This document shows, one piece after another, positions 53,728 through 64,000 of a stretch of 64,000 bases of DNA. The notes beneath the pieces were generated by a model. It made no database searches, was not told the origin of the DNA, and saw only the letters and a program-made list of their open reading frames with translations. Numbering within the stretch: the stretch's first letter is position 1; each line of letters begins with the position of its first letter. Made by a program: the position numbers and the translations under genes. The stretch is from assembly GCA_902826605.1 (NCBI GenBank), contig CADEFM010000010.1, positions 62,279-126,278 on the forward strand. Direction: 5' to 3'. The DNA comes from an uncultured Acidobacteriota bacterium. Its GTDB lineage: Bacteria > Acidobacteriota > Terriglobia > Bryobacterales > Bryobacteraceae.

Positions 53728-54407
53728 TTTTCCCCTGTATCGATTTAATGGATGGGAAAGTAGTGCAACTGGTCCAGGGCCGCGACAAAGCTCTGGAGGG
53801 TGATGCGCCGCTGGAAATGCTTCGCAAGTTCGCAGCTTTTCCCGAAATTCAGGTGATCGATCTGGATGCCGCCATGGGCAAAGGCGAAAACGATGCGCTT
53901 GTCGAAATGATAGCGGCGCGTGCGCGATGCCGTGTGGGAGGTGGCGTCCGCACGCCGCAACGCGCTCGCCGACTGATTGAGCAAGGCGCTCACCGCGTGA
54001 TTGTTGGAACGGCGGCGTTCACTCCCGTGATGACGCAGATCGCCTCCGCTGTGGGGCCAGAGCGAATTGTGATCGCCCTCGACTCCAAAAATGGAAAAGT
54101 TGTCGTCAAGGGGTGGCAAGAAGCGACGAATCTAACGGCCGAAGCCGTTATCCGCCAGCTCGAACCCTTATGCAGCGGCTTTCTCTGCACGTATGTCGAT
54201 AAAGAAGGCATGATGCAGGGGACCGATCTCGATTGGTTCCGGCGTCTCCGCTCGGCAACCAAGCACGAAATCACCGCGGCGGGCGGCATCACCACGCTGG
54301 ATGAGGTACACGCGCTGGGCGAGATGAACGTGCACGCAGCGCTCGGCATGGCGATCTATACGGGCCGGCTGGACTTAGCTGAGCTGGCGAGGGCCAATCG
54401 CATATGA
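53724..54407 (+). CDS. hisA: 1-(5-phosphoribosyl)-5-[(5-phosphoribosylamino)methylideneamino]imidazole-4-carboxamide isomerase (HisA family)
   Basis: [30 protein letters not shown] and [11 protein letters not shown] are present. At 227 aa it is shorter than typical HisA. It is the last gene of the operon. Confidence 0.75.
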   Translation: MIFPCIDLMDGKVVQLVQGRDKALEGDAPLEMLRKFAAFPEIQVIDLDAAMGKGENDALVEMIAARARCRVGGGVRTPQRARRLIEQGAHRVIVGTAAFTPVMTQIASAVGPERIVIALDSKNGKVVVKGWQEATNLTAEAVIRQLEPLCSGFLCTYVDKEGMMQGTDLDWFRRLRSATKHEITAAGGITTLDEVHALGEMNVHAALGMAIYTGRLDLAELARANRI

Positions 54408-54412
54408 CCGGA

Positions 54413-56284
54413 TCAATGTCGTGTTTCCAGAATCGGCAAAGTCGTGAACGTGCCGGCCGGTGTGAAGCGTAGCCCGATCATACTAATATTACCTCCCGGG
54501 GGCGGCGCTGCTTCAATCGTGCCGCGCCGTCCGGCTGTAATTCCGAATCGGTCTGCCAATACGAACGATGCGTGTCCGTAGGGCTCAACAATAAAGTCCG
54601 AAGTTCCCAACAACGCACCCGCCTCATCCCGGAAGGTCAGCCGCACATACCCGCCCACTGCTGTGCTGTTAGCAAGCGCGAATCCAGTGGCCATGGAATT
54701 GGTGTTGTCGTAAGTCAGCCAATAGGAACTGGCGCTGCGGGCTTCCAAAGGAACAACGGCTTCTTGACCGGTCGCATGCAGCCCGAGAATTGCGAACCCG
54801 CTCACGTCGCCGGTGAGTGTTGCGGAACCCACAATCAACGCTTCGGGGGTTTGCTGCGAATCGATCCACAACGAAGATCCGGACGGAAGCGTCTGCACAA
54901 GACCAGGCACTTGGGAAAATATCGCGCCAGTCTGCGCATCACTGAGCGTTAAGGGCAGCGGGTTTCCAGACGGATCGAAGAAATTCAGCGCCGGGTCCGC
55001 ATTCGCGTTCGTACTGTTCACTATGGTTAAAGATGTAGACCAACCGCCCATGATTGCGAGGTGCGCGATGGACGCTGGCAAGCCGGCGGAAAAAGCGGGC
55101 GACCCGGAGCTCAATAACGGCAGTGTCGTTATCGCTTGGCCATTCACGCGCAGGCCAATGGCGTCCACGGGATCCCCGCTGGCGGAGTAAAATTCCAGCG
55201 TTCCCCGCTTGTCCAGGGTGGCCGGATAAAGTGTATCCAGCATCACGGAAGTATGTCCCAACGGCGCCAGATCGATGGACCCGTTGGCCAGCAAACCGCT
55301 GGGGCCGTCGCGCACCACGGTAGTGACACTCACTGGCGCGGTGGAAAGATTCGCTAGCGCGAACCCTGTGCGTTTTCCCGACGTGTTGTCGAAAGCCAAA
55401 AATTGCGGACGGGGATCCCCCCGCCGCATGGGAACCGCAGCCTCTTGGTGCGTTGCCAGGTTCGTGATTACCACATAGCCCTCAATATTGCCGGCAGTGA
55501 CGAGCTTGGCCCAGCCCTCCAACAAATTAGCGACATTGACCGGCGAAGTCTCCAGCACCATGACTGCTCCCGGTTCCAGCATTTGCGAAAGAGTGGCTCC
55601 CAGCACGGGAGCTGACATCATCACCGGGTATTGCGGGCAACTTAACGGTATTGGCAGTGGCTGTCCGGCATTGTCGTAAAAATCAAGTTGCGCCACTGCT
55701 GGTGTCGATCCGGTATTCAAAAGCGTAATGGTAGTTTTCCAGACCCCGCCAGTAACTACATGTGCCATCGACCCGGTCTTGAAGACTGCACCCGGCGGAG
55801 TGGGCAGCGGATAAGGCGCCGGCAAGGTGATTGCGCTCCCTTCTCCCTGGAAGGGCAATGCATCGCCGGCCGCGGACGAAGCCACGATGTTAGAAAGCAT
55901 GGCTGGAGCTGTGAACCCTGATAATGCGAGTGCACGCAGCCGCACGGTTGCAATGACACCATCCACCACAGAGTCCGAATTTGCACCAGCCAGAACGCAG
56001 CGAACCAGTGCGTACTTGCCCGAACATTGCAGCGCTTTCCCGGCGCCGGAGGGGCCCGCGATCACACTTTCCAGTTCGGCGACCGGAAAGCCGACTGTCC
56101 ATTCAACCGCGGATGGCTGAGTGCCGCCTTGTGCATTCAGGGTGATATCAAGGGAAAGAATTTCGCTCGACGCATCCCAACCCGCAGTGGGAACCAAGCC
56201 AAGGGTTTGAGAGTTGGCCTGCGGCGTTACAGCGAAAAAAAACAAGAAGCACACGACGGCGTGCAACAGCTCCCAGCGCGTCAT
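54413..56284 (-). CDS. secreted protein with N-terminal cohesin-like domain and two roughly 215-aa tandem repeat units
   Basis: Signal peptide is present. The repeats start at GGVWKTTITLLNTGSTPAVAQLDFYDNAGQPLPIPL and GGWSTSLTIVNSTNANADPALNFFDPSGNPLPLTL. Both end with ...TTLPLL / TTLPIL. Confidence 0.6.
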   Translation of the reverse strand: MTRWELLHAVVCFLFFFAVTPQANSQTLGLVPTAGWDASSEILSLDITLNAQGGTQPSAVEWTVGFPVAELESVIAGPSGAGKALQCSGKYALVRCVLAGANSDSVVDGVIATVRLRALALSGFTAPAMLSNIVASSAAGDALPFQGEGSAITLPAPYPLPTPPGAVFKTGSMAHVVTGGVWKTTITLLNTGSTPAVAQLDFYDNAGQPLPIPLSCPQYPVMMSAPVLGATLSQMLEPGAVMVLETSPVNVANLLEGWAKLVTAGNIEGYVVITNLATHQEAAVPMRRGDPRPQFLAFDNTSGKRTGFALANLSTAPVSVTTVVRDGPSGLLANGSIDLAPLGHTSVMLDTLYPATLDKRGTLEFYSASGDPVDAIGLRVNGQAITTLPLLSSGSPAFSAGLPASIAHLAIMGGWSTSLTIVNSTNANADPALNFFDPSGNPLPLTLSDAQTGAIFSQVPGLVQTLPSGSSLWIDSQQTPEALIVGSATLTGDVSGFAILGLHATGQEAVVPLEARSASSYWLTYDNTNSMATGFALANSTAVGGYVRLTFRDEAGALLGTSDFIVEPYGHASFVLADRFGITAGRRGTIEAAPPPGGNISMIGLRFTPAGTFTTLPILETRH

Positions 56285-56346
56285 CGCTCAATTATATCGG
56301 CATCTCAGCGATGTCCCAATAGCGTTAGGGCTGTTTCCCCTAAGAA

Positions 56347-58260
<1,914 letters not shown>

Positions 58261-58355
58261 GACGTCTCCAGAACTACCATCGGCTCGCACACGGCGCGAT
58301 AAGACTTGCCCATCCCGCCACTACATATAAGGACGAAAGATACAGGGTAAAAGAT

Positions 58356-59771
58356 TCACCGGTTTCCCTCAGCGGTCTCGAAAATCCGTAGAACCGGGCT
58401 TTCACCCGCGTTCGCCGCGAATTCTGCTGCCGCGCCGAATTGTCTCGCCCACAGGATCCGCCCTCCTCCTGTAACAATCGGCCAATCCAGCCGCAGCCAA
58501 GAGGGTATACGCGCCTGTTGAAACAAATCGTGGATTTTCCGGCCTCTCTTATGCCCCAACGGACAATATTGATCGCCTGGCCGCCACCCTCTCAAGCGAA
58601 CAGACGCGGGCAGGCGTTTCAGACTCAGTTGCGCCGCTTTCAGCGTAGCACAGGGAGCATCAGCCACCTCGAACATCACTGTGGGCCCCCCTTCCGCCAT
58701 TGTGATCCGGCTCGGAATTGCTACTTCCATTTCCCCTGGTGCAACTCGTAAATCCAATGGTTCCATTCGAATCCAATCGAACGAGCGTGTGACGCGGAGG
58801 CCCGGAAGCGTTACCTGTCCTTCCCCGGCCCTCAGCTCCACCAGTTCCAGTACCCTCTCCACGTGCTCGAATTCGGTTCCTCGGACGTCGCCTTTGATAC
58901 CTGTAATTGCCCGGCGGATCAACCGGCGCGCCAGCGCGCGAGGCAAGGCGGCCAACTGGTGAGTTTGAAATTCGATACCGTCAGCGCGTTCCACCAGGTA
59001 TTTGGCCGCGCGCCGTTCGATGGCGGCGTTCCACCAGCGTTCCTCGTCATATGCCAAGTCAGCCAGTTGCGACAAGGCTTCGGACACGTTCGGATTCCAC
59101 TCCTGCTCTAGTTGCGGCAGCAATTCTTGACGGATGCGATTCCGGGCGAATCGCAGCTCTGCGTTTGTACTGTCCACGCGCGCCTCCAGGCCTCGCTCGC
59201 GCATGTACGATTCCACGTCAAAGCGCGTGACATTGATGAGCGGACGAATCAACCCTTCGGCTGTGACTGGCAAAACCCCCGCAAGGCCAGCAAGACCCGA
59301 CCCGCGCAAGATCCGGAATAGCACGGTTTCAGCCTGATCGTCACGAGTGTGGCCCAATGCGATCAGATCCACCGCGTCTTCCTGCCGGAGCCGGGCGAAA
59401 AAAGCGCGCCGCCCATCGCGCGCGGCTTGCTCCAGATTCCCAGTAAGCGAAAAGGGATCAGCCTCCGCCCGGTACATCGGCAGACCCATCCTGTTCGCTA
59501 TTTTCGAAACGAAGCCTTCGTCATCATCGGACGCCGCGCCGCGAAGCTTGTGATTGAAATGCGCGACCGATAGAACCACTCCTAACCGCGGCGCGCACTC
59601 CGCGAGAACGTGCAACAAACACACGGAATCGGGTCCACCCGAGACGGCCACCGCCACACGGGTTGGTTGCCGGTCCGCAGCCGGCCGCGCCGAGCTAACG
59701 CGGCCCGCCGGAGCCAGCATGTTATAACGGGAAATAGTCTTAAGCACTCTGTCGATCACAGGGGCCTGCAT
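58356..59771 (-). CDS. tilS: tRNA(Ile)-lysidine synthase
   Basis: The PP-loop is VAVSGGPDSVCLLHVL. It lies upstream of ftsH as in many bacteria. ATG 59771 is preferred over 59807, which would overlap the divergent kdsC. Confidence 0.85.
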   Translation of the reverse strand: MQAPVIDRVLKTISRYNMLAPAGRVSSARPAADRQPTRVAVAVSGGPDSVCLLHVLAECAPRLGVVLSVAHFNHKLRGAASDDDEGFVSKIANRMGLPMYRAEADPFSLTGNLEQAARDGRRAFFARLRQEDAVDLIALGHTRDDQAETVLFRILRGSGLAGLAGVLPVTAEGLIRPLINVTRFDVESYMRERGLEARVDSTNAELRFARNRIRQELLPQLEQEWNPNVSEALSQLADLAYDEERWWNAAIERRAAKYLVERADGIEFQTHQLAALPRALARRLIRRAITGIKGDVRGTEFEHVERVLELVELRAGEGQVTLPGLRVTRSFDWIRMEPLDLRVAPGEMEVAIPSRITMAEGGPTVMFEVADAPCATLKAAQLSLKRLPASVRLRGWRPGDQYCPLGHKRGRKIHDLFQQARIPSWLRLDWPIVTGGGRILWARQFGAAAEFAANAGESPVLRIFETAEGNR

Positions 59772-59776
59772 TCTTA

Positions 59777-60322
59777 ATGAATCCACAACTTCTTCAACGC
59801 GCTTCACGCGTCCGTCTCTTGTTGATGGACGTCGACGGAGTCCTGTCGGATGGGACGCTCTATTATTATGCGTCCGGTCCGGATGGGAAGATCATCGAGA
59901 CCAAAGGATTCAATGCCCAGGATGGCATGTCTTTGCAATGGCTGCACTGGCATGGCATCGACACGGGAGTCATTAGCGGACGGGTTTCCCCGGCAACCAC
60001 GGAGCGCGCCAAGCAAGTGGGAATGAAATATGTCTATCAGGGTCACATCGAAAAGATCCCATTGCTCGAAGAAATCATCGTGAAAAGCGGGCTGGCGAGT
60101 GAGCAAATCGCTTTCGCCGGCGACGATTTCACCGATATCGTGGTCATGCGGCGAGTGGGCCTGGCGTTCGCGCCCGCGAACGCCCGGCCGGAGGTGAAAC
60201 GCGCGGCGCATCACGTAACGGACGCATCAGGCGGAGCGGGCGCAGTCCGCGAAATGGCCGAGATCCTGCTTCAAGCCCACGGTCACTGGGCGGATATTCT
60301 AAAGAAATACGAGGTGGATTGA
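59777..60322 (+). CDS. kdsC: 3-deoxy-D-manno-octulosonate 8-phosphate phosphatase (HAD-IIIA, KdsC family)
   Basis: LLLMDVDGVLSDG, FNAQDG, GVISGR and FAGDDFTD are present. Length is 181 aa. Confidence 0.8.
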   Translation: MNPQLLQRASRVRLLLMDVDGVLSDGTLYYYASGPDGKIIETKGFNAQDGMSLQWLHWHGIDTGVISGRVSPATTERAKQVGMKYVYQGHIEKIPLLEEIIVKSGLASEQIAFAGDDFTDIVVMRRVGLAFAPANARPEVKRAAHHVTDASGGAGAVREMAEILLQAHGHWADILKKYEVD

Positions 60323-61021
60323 GTGGCGAAACGGAAATTACCAGACGAGCCTGAAAAAGCCGCACCCCGCAAACTGGGCATCGCCATTCAATCGCGTACG
60401 GGTCCAGGTATTCTGCATGAAGTCACCGGTGTGATTGCGCGCTATCGCGGCAACATCACCAGTGTCGAAATCCTGGAAGGCCGCCAGAAGAACACGGAGG
60501 ATGTATATTTCGAAATCGAATTTTCTGGCGATCCTCTTCCGATGATTGCGGATTTGAAAAAGCTTCCGGTCGTCCGGCGAGTGGCGCCGGTTGACACGAT
60601 GGAGAAAATCTACGGAAAGCGCATCATCATCGTGGGGGGCGGAGCGCAAGTAGGGCAAGTGGCTTTGGGGGCCATCCTCGAAGCGGACCGTCATAATATC
60701 CGCGGCGAGCACATCTCCATCGACACCATACCGCTGGTGGGCGAGCAGCCTTTGGCGGCAGCCGTGCGTGCCGCGGCACGTCTGCCGCGCGTGGAAGCCA
60801 TCGTTATGGCTGGATCTCTCATGGGCGGCGAAATCGAAAAAGCGGTCCGTGAAGTTCGCGCCCAAGGGCTCCTGGTTGTAAGTCTCAACATGGCGGGCAG
60901 CGTCCCGGATGCCGCCGATCTAGTGGTGACTGATCCCGTGCAGGCTGGCGTCATGACGGTAATGGCGGTGGCCGATACGGCGAAATTTACGGTGAAGCGT
61001 TTGAAACGCAGGCTCTTTTAA
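60323..61021 (+). CDS. ACT domain-containing protein
   Basis: GTG start. The N-terminal ACT-like region is IAIQSRTGPGILHEVTGVIARYRGNITSVEILE. The C-terminal domain is uncharacterised. Confidence 0.55.
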   Translation: MAKRKLPDEPEKAAPRKLGIAIQSRTGPGILHEVTGVIARYRGNITSVEILEGRQKNTEDVYFEIEFSGDPLPMIADLKKLPVVRRVAPVDTMEKIYGKRIIIVGGGAQVGQVALGAILEADRHNIRGEHISIDTIPLVGEQPLAAAVRAAARLPRVEAIVMAGSLMGGEIEKAVREVRAQGLLVVSLNMAGSVPDAADLVVTDPVQAGVMTVMAVADTAKFTVKRLKRRLF

Positions 61022-63021
61022 TTTCCACTCGCGCTTGCGCGCTCTGGAGTCAGCGCCTCCAGCGTCTGAATCTCATGCCTCAACGTCTCCAGATCTCGAA
61101 TCGCGGTTTCAAAATCGCCGCGTCCAGCCGCTTGCTCGATGCGCTGTGCGCATTCTTCTAGGGGCCGTGACGCAAGCTGCTCAGCCGCTGCCGCGATCTT
61201 TCGGGCTTCCGTGCTGAGTGTGGTTGCATCCTCTTGGCCAGCGGCAAGTTTCAGCTTCTCCATGCGATCGGGTGCGAGCTGTAGGAACACGTGGAGTAGG
61301 TCGTTAACCATCTCTGTTTCCTCGCGCATGAGCCGGTCCGTCAACTCCCGTTCCAACGGGCTCGGAGGCACGGCGGGGGGCGGGTCCACACCCTGTTCCA
61401 TGTATTGGTCTATTGCCGCCAGAAACGGAACCGGCTGAATGGGCTTGGAAATATGGCCATTCATACCTGCCAGCAGGCAGCGTTCCCGGTCGCCCTGCAT
61501 CGCGTGGGCTGTCATGGCGATGATGGGCAGCCGTTTCCAGCGCGGATTTTTTCGTACGATTCGGGTGGTGTCCAGACCATCGAGGACCGGCATCTGTACG
61601 TCCATAAGAACCAGATCGTAGCCCTCCTTCGATGCCTCCAGCATCTCCAAAGCTTGCTGGCCGTGATTGGCCACGTCGATGTGATAGGCCTTCTTGCGCA
61701 GAATGGCTTGCACGACTTTCTGATTGACCAAGTTGTCTTCGACCAGCAATAAGCGTCCCCGCGCGGGGGCGCCGTCCGCACGCGCCGTCATTACAGGTCT
61801 GGCCGGCGCCTTCACGGTTTCCCCGCGTTCGTAGGGCAACGTAATGCTAAATGTGCTCCCGACTCCCACATCGCTTTTGAGCGAAACGGCTCCGCCTTGC
61901 ATTTCCACCAACTGTTTGATGATGGCCAGACCCAATCCCGTGCCGCCATACTTGCGGGTGATGGCGCCGTTCGCCTGGGTAAATTTCTCGAAGATCTCCG
62001 ACAGCTTAGAGGCTTCGATACCGATGCCCGTATCCTGAACTTCGATGCGCGCCTCCAACCGATCCTTCACGGTTTCGACAATGTCCAGCCGCAGGCACAC
62101 GCGACCGCGCTCCGTGAATTTGATGGCGTTCGAAAGTAGATTCGTTACGATCTGACGCAGACGCAGGGGATCTCCAAGCACATCGCACCGTGCACCGGAT
62201 ATCTCGAGATCCAAGCTGACACCCTTTTGCGTGGCTCTGGCATGGAAGGATTTGCCACAATCTTCCAGAACCCCATGCAAGTCAAAAGGAATTTTCTCCA
62301 GTACTAGCTTGCCTGCTTCAATTTTGGAAAGATCCAAAATGTCATTGAGCAGCGCCAACAGCGAAAACGCGCAACGTTGGGCCGTTTCCAGTTGATCCCG
62401 CTGCTCAGCCGCCAGCGGGCTATCCAGCGTGACGTCCAGCATGCCAAGGAGTCCATTCATTGGCGTCCTGAGTTCATGAGAGGTATTAGCGAGGAAGTCG
62501 CTCTTCGCCTGGCTCGCTGCGACCGCCGCCTGCAAGGCTTTTTCCAATTCTTCGGTTCGCTGGCGGATGCGGTCTTCTAACAACTCCCGATGCTGCTGGA
62601 TTTCACGGTGCGAAGTGGATAGTTCCGCGATCATCAGGTTAAAGCTGCGGCCTAGTTCTTCGATCTCATCTCGCGTGTCGCTCACCTGGATCGGTTCGAA
62701 TTTGCCCTGGCCCACCGATGTGATACCTTGCTGCAGCAACGCGAGAGGACGAGCGAGAATCTTCATTGTGAAGCGGGAAATCGCCCCCACCACACCCAAC
62801 ACCACCAGCGACAAGCACAGGGTTTCTATTAAGTCGAATTTGTGACGCAGGACGTCCAACGACATCACAACCATCAGCACCCACCCCAGCAGTACGGCGG
62901 TGAAAGTGGAGAATTTGGATGCCAGGGAGCGGTACTTTGTGCGTTTGAGCGGAGGAGTCTCGCTCACCGCATTGAGCGGCACCTCCGGCAAGTGCGTTGT
63001 TTCGGCGGAACAGTTCTCCAC
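61018..63021 (-). CDS. hybrid sensor histidine kinase / response regulator with C-terminal HPt domain
   Basis: It has a TM segment plus HAMP, the H-box SHELRTPMNG, and the N/G boxes of HATPase_c (GTGLGLAI). The receiver domain is LLVEDNLVNQ...DLVLMDVQMP...K. An HPt-like C-terminus follows. Confidence 0.9.
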   Translation of the reverse strand: MENCSAETTHLPEVPLNAVSETPPLKRTKYRSLASKFSTFTAVLLGWVLMVVMSLDVLRHKFDLIETLCLSLVVLGVVGAISRFTMKILARPLALLQQGITSVGQGKFEPIQVSDTRDEIEELGRSFNLMIAELSTSHREIQQHRELLEDRIRQRTEELEKALQAAVAASQAKSDFLANTSHELRTPMNGLLGMLDVTLDSPLAAEQRDQLETAQRCAFSLLALLNDILDLSKIEAGKLVLEKIPFDLHGVLEDCGKSFHARATQKGVSLDLEISGARCDVLGDPLRLRQIVTNLLSNAIKFTERGRVCLRLDIVETVKDRLEARIEVQDTGIGIEASKLSEIFEKFTQANGAITRKYGGTGLGLAIIKQLVEMQGGAVSLKSDVGVGSTFSITLPYERGETVKAPARPVMTARADGAPARGRLLLVEDNLVNQKVVQAILRKKAYHIDVANHGQQALEMLEASKEGYDLVLMDVQMPVLDGLDTTRIVRKNPRWKRLPIIAMTAHAMQGDRERCLLAGMNGHISKPIQPVPFLAAIDQYMEQGVDPPPAVPPSPLERELTDRLMREETEMVNDLLHVFLQLAPDRMEKLKLAAGQEDATTLSTEARKIAAAAEQLASRPLEECAQRIEQAAGRGDFETAIRDLETLRHEIQTLEALTPERASASGN

Positions 63022-63187
63022 GTATTCATGGTCTGATGATTTCGCCTTCTGCGAAATCAGTTGGATACCTTAGTGCCTCACCCGATGCCCAGTAGTCTTC
63101 ATGGAAATAGCGAACTAGGCAGTATCCATCGTAACCGTCGGATTTCATGTGGCTTCCGTAGCGTCGTGACTGGTATGCTGTGTCCAA

Positions 63188-64000
63188 GTGTCCTCCAGGT
63201 TGGCCATATCTTTATGCGGGATTTCTCTTAGGACTCCGGTACTTGCCGCTTCCGGAACCTATGCCTACGGGGTGGAGTTGCGGGAGATCGTGGACTTGTC
63301 CCAAGTGGGTGGCATCATTACCAAAGGTCTATCCCGTGAGCCGATTGAAGGGAACGCCGCGCCCCGTCTGTTTGAAACCGAGTCCGGCATGATGAATTCC
63401 GTGGGTCTGCAAAATATTGGCGTCCGCGCCTTTGTCGCCGAGAAGTTGCCGGAGTTGCGCGGCATCGGAACGCCAGTATTTGCCAATGTGTTTGGGTATG
63501 CGATTGAAGACTATGTGGAAGTCATACGAGTGTTGGAGGATACCGAAGGCCTGGCGGGATATGAGCTCAACGTTTCTTGTCCAAATACCAGACACGGCGG
63601 CATGTTCTTCTCAAACGATCCCGTATTGCTTGCGGAAGTGGTGAGCGCCGCTCGCATGGCGGCGCGGCGGCCTATTGTCGTTAAGCTTTCCCCGAACGTC
63701 GCCCGAATAGAGACGCTGGCGAGGGCCGCGGAAGACGCTGGTGCGGACTCCCTTTCCTTAGTGAACACATTCGTGGCGCTCGCCATAGATGCGCGTACAC
63801 GCCGGCCCAGGTTGGGTAACGGCTTCGGTGGCCTTTCGGGCCCTGCCATCAAGCCTATAGCGCTTCGTATGGTCTATGAAGCGGCTCAAGCGGTGAAAAT
63901 TCCCATTATCGGTCTGGGTGGAATCACTACGGGCGAAGACGCCGCCGAATTCCTGATCGCTGGTGCGAGCGCCGTGGAAGTGGGCACCGCAAATTTTTGG
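63188..64000 (+). CDS. pyrD: dihydroorotate dehydrogenase, class 1 catalytic subunit (5' part, runs off the window)
   Basis: The frame is open from the TGA at 63167 to the window end. GTG at 63188 gives (M)SSRLAISLCGISLRTPVLAASGTYAYG. Further motifs are MMNSVGLQN, ELNVSCPN, VKLSPN, NGFGGLSGPAIKPIALR and IIGLGGI. It is not in the supplied ORF track because it has no stop in the window. Confidence 0.85.
   Translation, partial: MSSRLAISLCGISLRTPVLAASGTYAYGVELREIVDLSQVGGIITKGLSREPIEGNAAPRLFETESGMMNSVGLQNIGVRAFVAEKLPELRGIGTPVFANVFGYAIEDYVEVIRVLEDTEGLAGYELNVSCPNTRHGGMFFSNDPVLLAEVVSAARMAARRPIVVKLSPNVARIETLARAAEDAGADSLSLVNTFVALAIDARTRRPRLGNGFGGLSGPAIKPIALRMVYEAAQAVKIPIIGLGGITTGEDAAEFLIAGASAVEVGTANFW

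Overview
The window is a visibly GC-rich bacterial chromosomal segment. Its gene content looks like Acidobacteriota: CarboxypepD_reg-type TonB-dependent receptor, PEP-CTERM protein, DUF1080, and many Sec/Tat-exported oxidoreductases. This taxonomic call is an inference. I recognised no rRNA, tRNA, CRISPR array, transposase or integrase. The blocks are as follows. (1) 0.1-0.9 kb: a 5' fragment of uvrB read in frame into a lower-GC GT51 transglycosylase gene. (2) 1.5-13.7 kb: exported oxidoreductases and hydrolases (DUF1080, GMC oxidoreductase plus subunit-3 protein, signal-peptide HpcH aldolase, PQQ dehydrogenase, Tat-FAD oxidoreductase, alpha/beta hydrolase, amidohydrolase, PEP-CTERM protein, PEBP). 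(3) 14.0-23.2 kb: a doubled circularly permuted ATP-grasp / alpha-E / transglutaminase cluster, followed by a convergent ABC exporter. (4) 26.1-38.5 kb: a TonB-dependent receptor followed by a quinohemoprotein amine dehydrogenase operon (qhpA-D-C-B ... qhpE-like). Between qhpB and the subtilisin gene, this operon carries a UbiV-like/UbiU-like U32 protein pair. No flavin monooxygenase (qhpG) or exporter (qhpF) is present in the operon. I rate this the most interesting candidate: possible O2-independent maturation of the cysteine tryptophylquinone cofactor. (5) 39.3-45.2 kb: stress proteins, a Tat-signal TPP enzyme and an NHL propeller. (6) 45.2-47.4 kb: a lower-GC islet bracketed by an 8-bp direct repeat. 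It carries a protein with a CAP12/Pycsar-type TIR-like domain, brnTA and an orphan hicB-like gene. (7) 47.4-54.4 kb: a his operon (hisI-G-D-C-HAD-B-H-F-A) preceded by a 24-codon His-rich leader ORF with mutually exclusive antiterminator and terminator helices. (8) 54.4-64.0 kb: a secreted repeat protein, ftsH, tilS, kdsC, an ACT-domain protein, a hybrid histidine kinase and the 5' part of pyrD. All family assignments come from motif recognition by eye, not from database searches.
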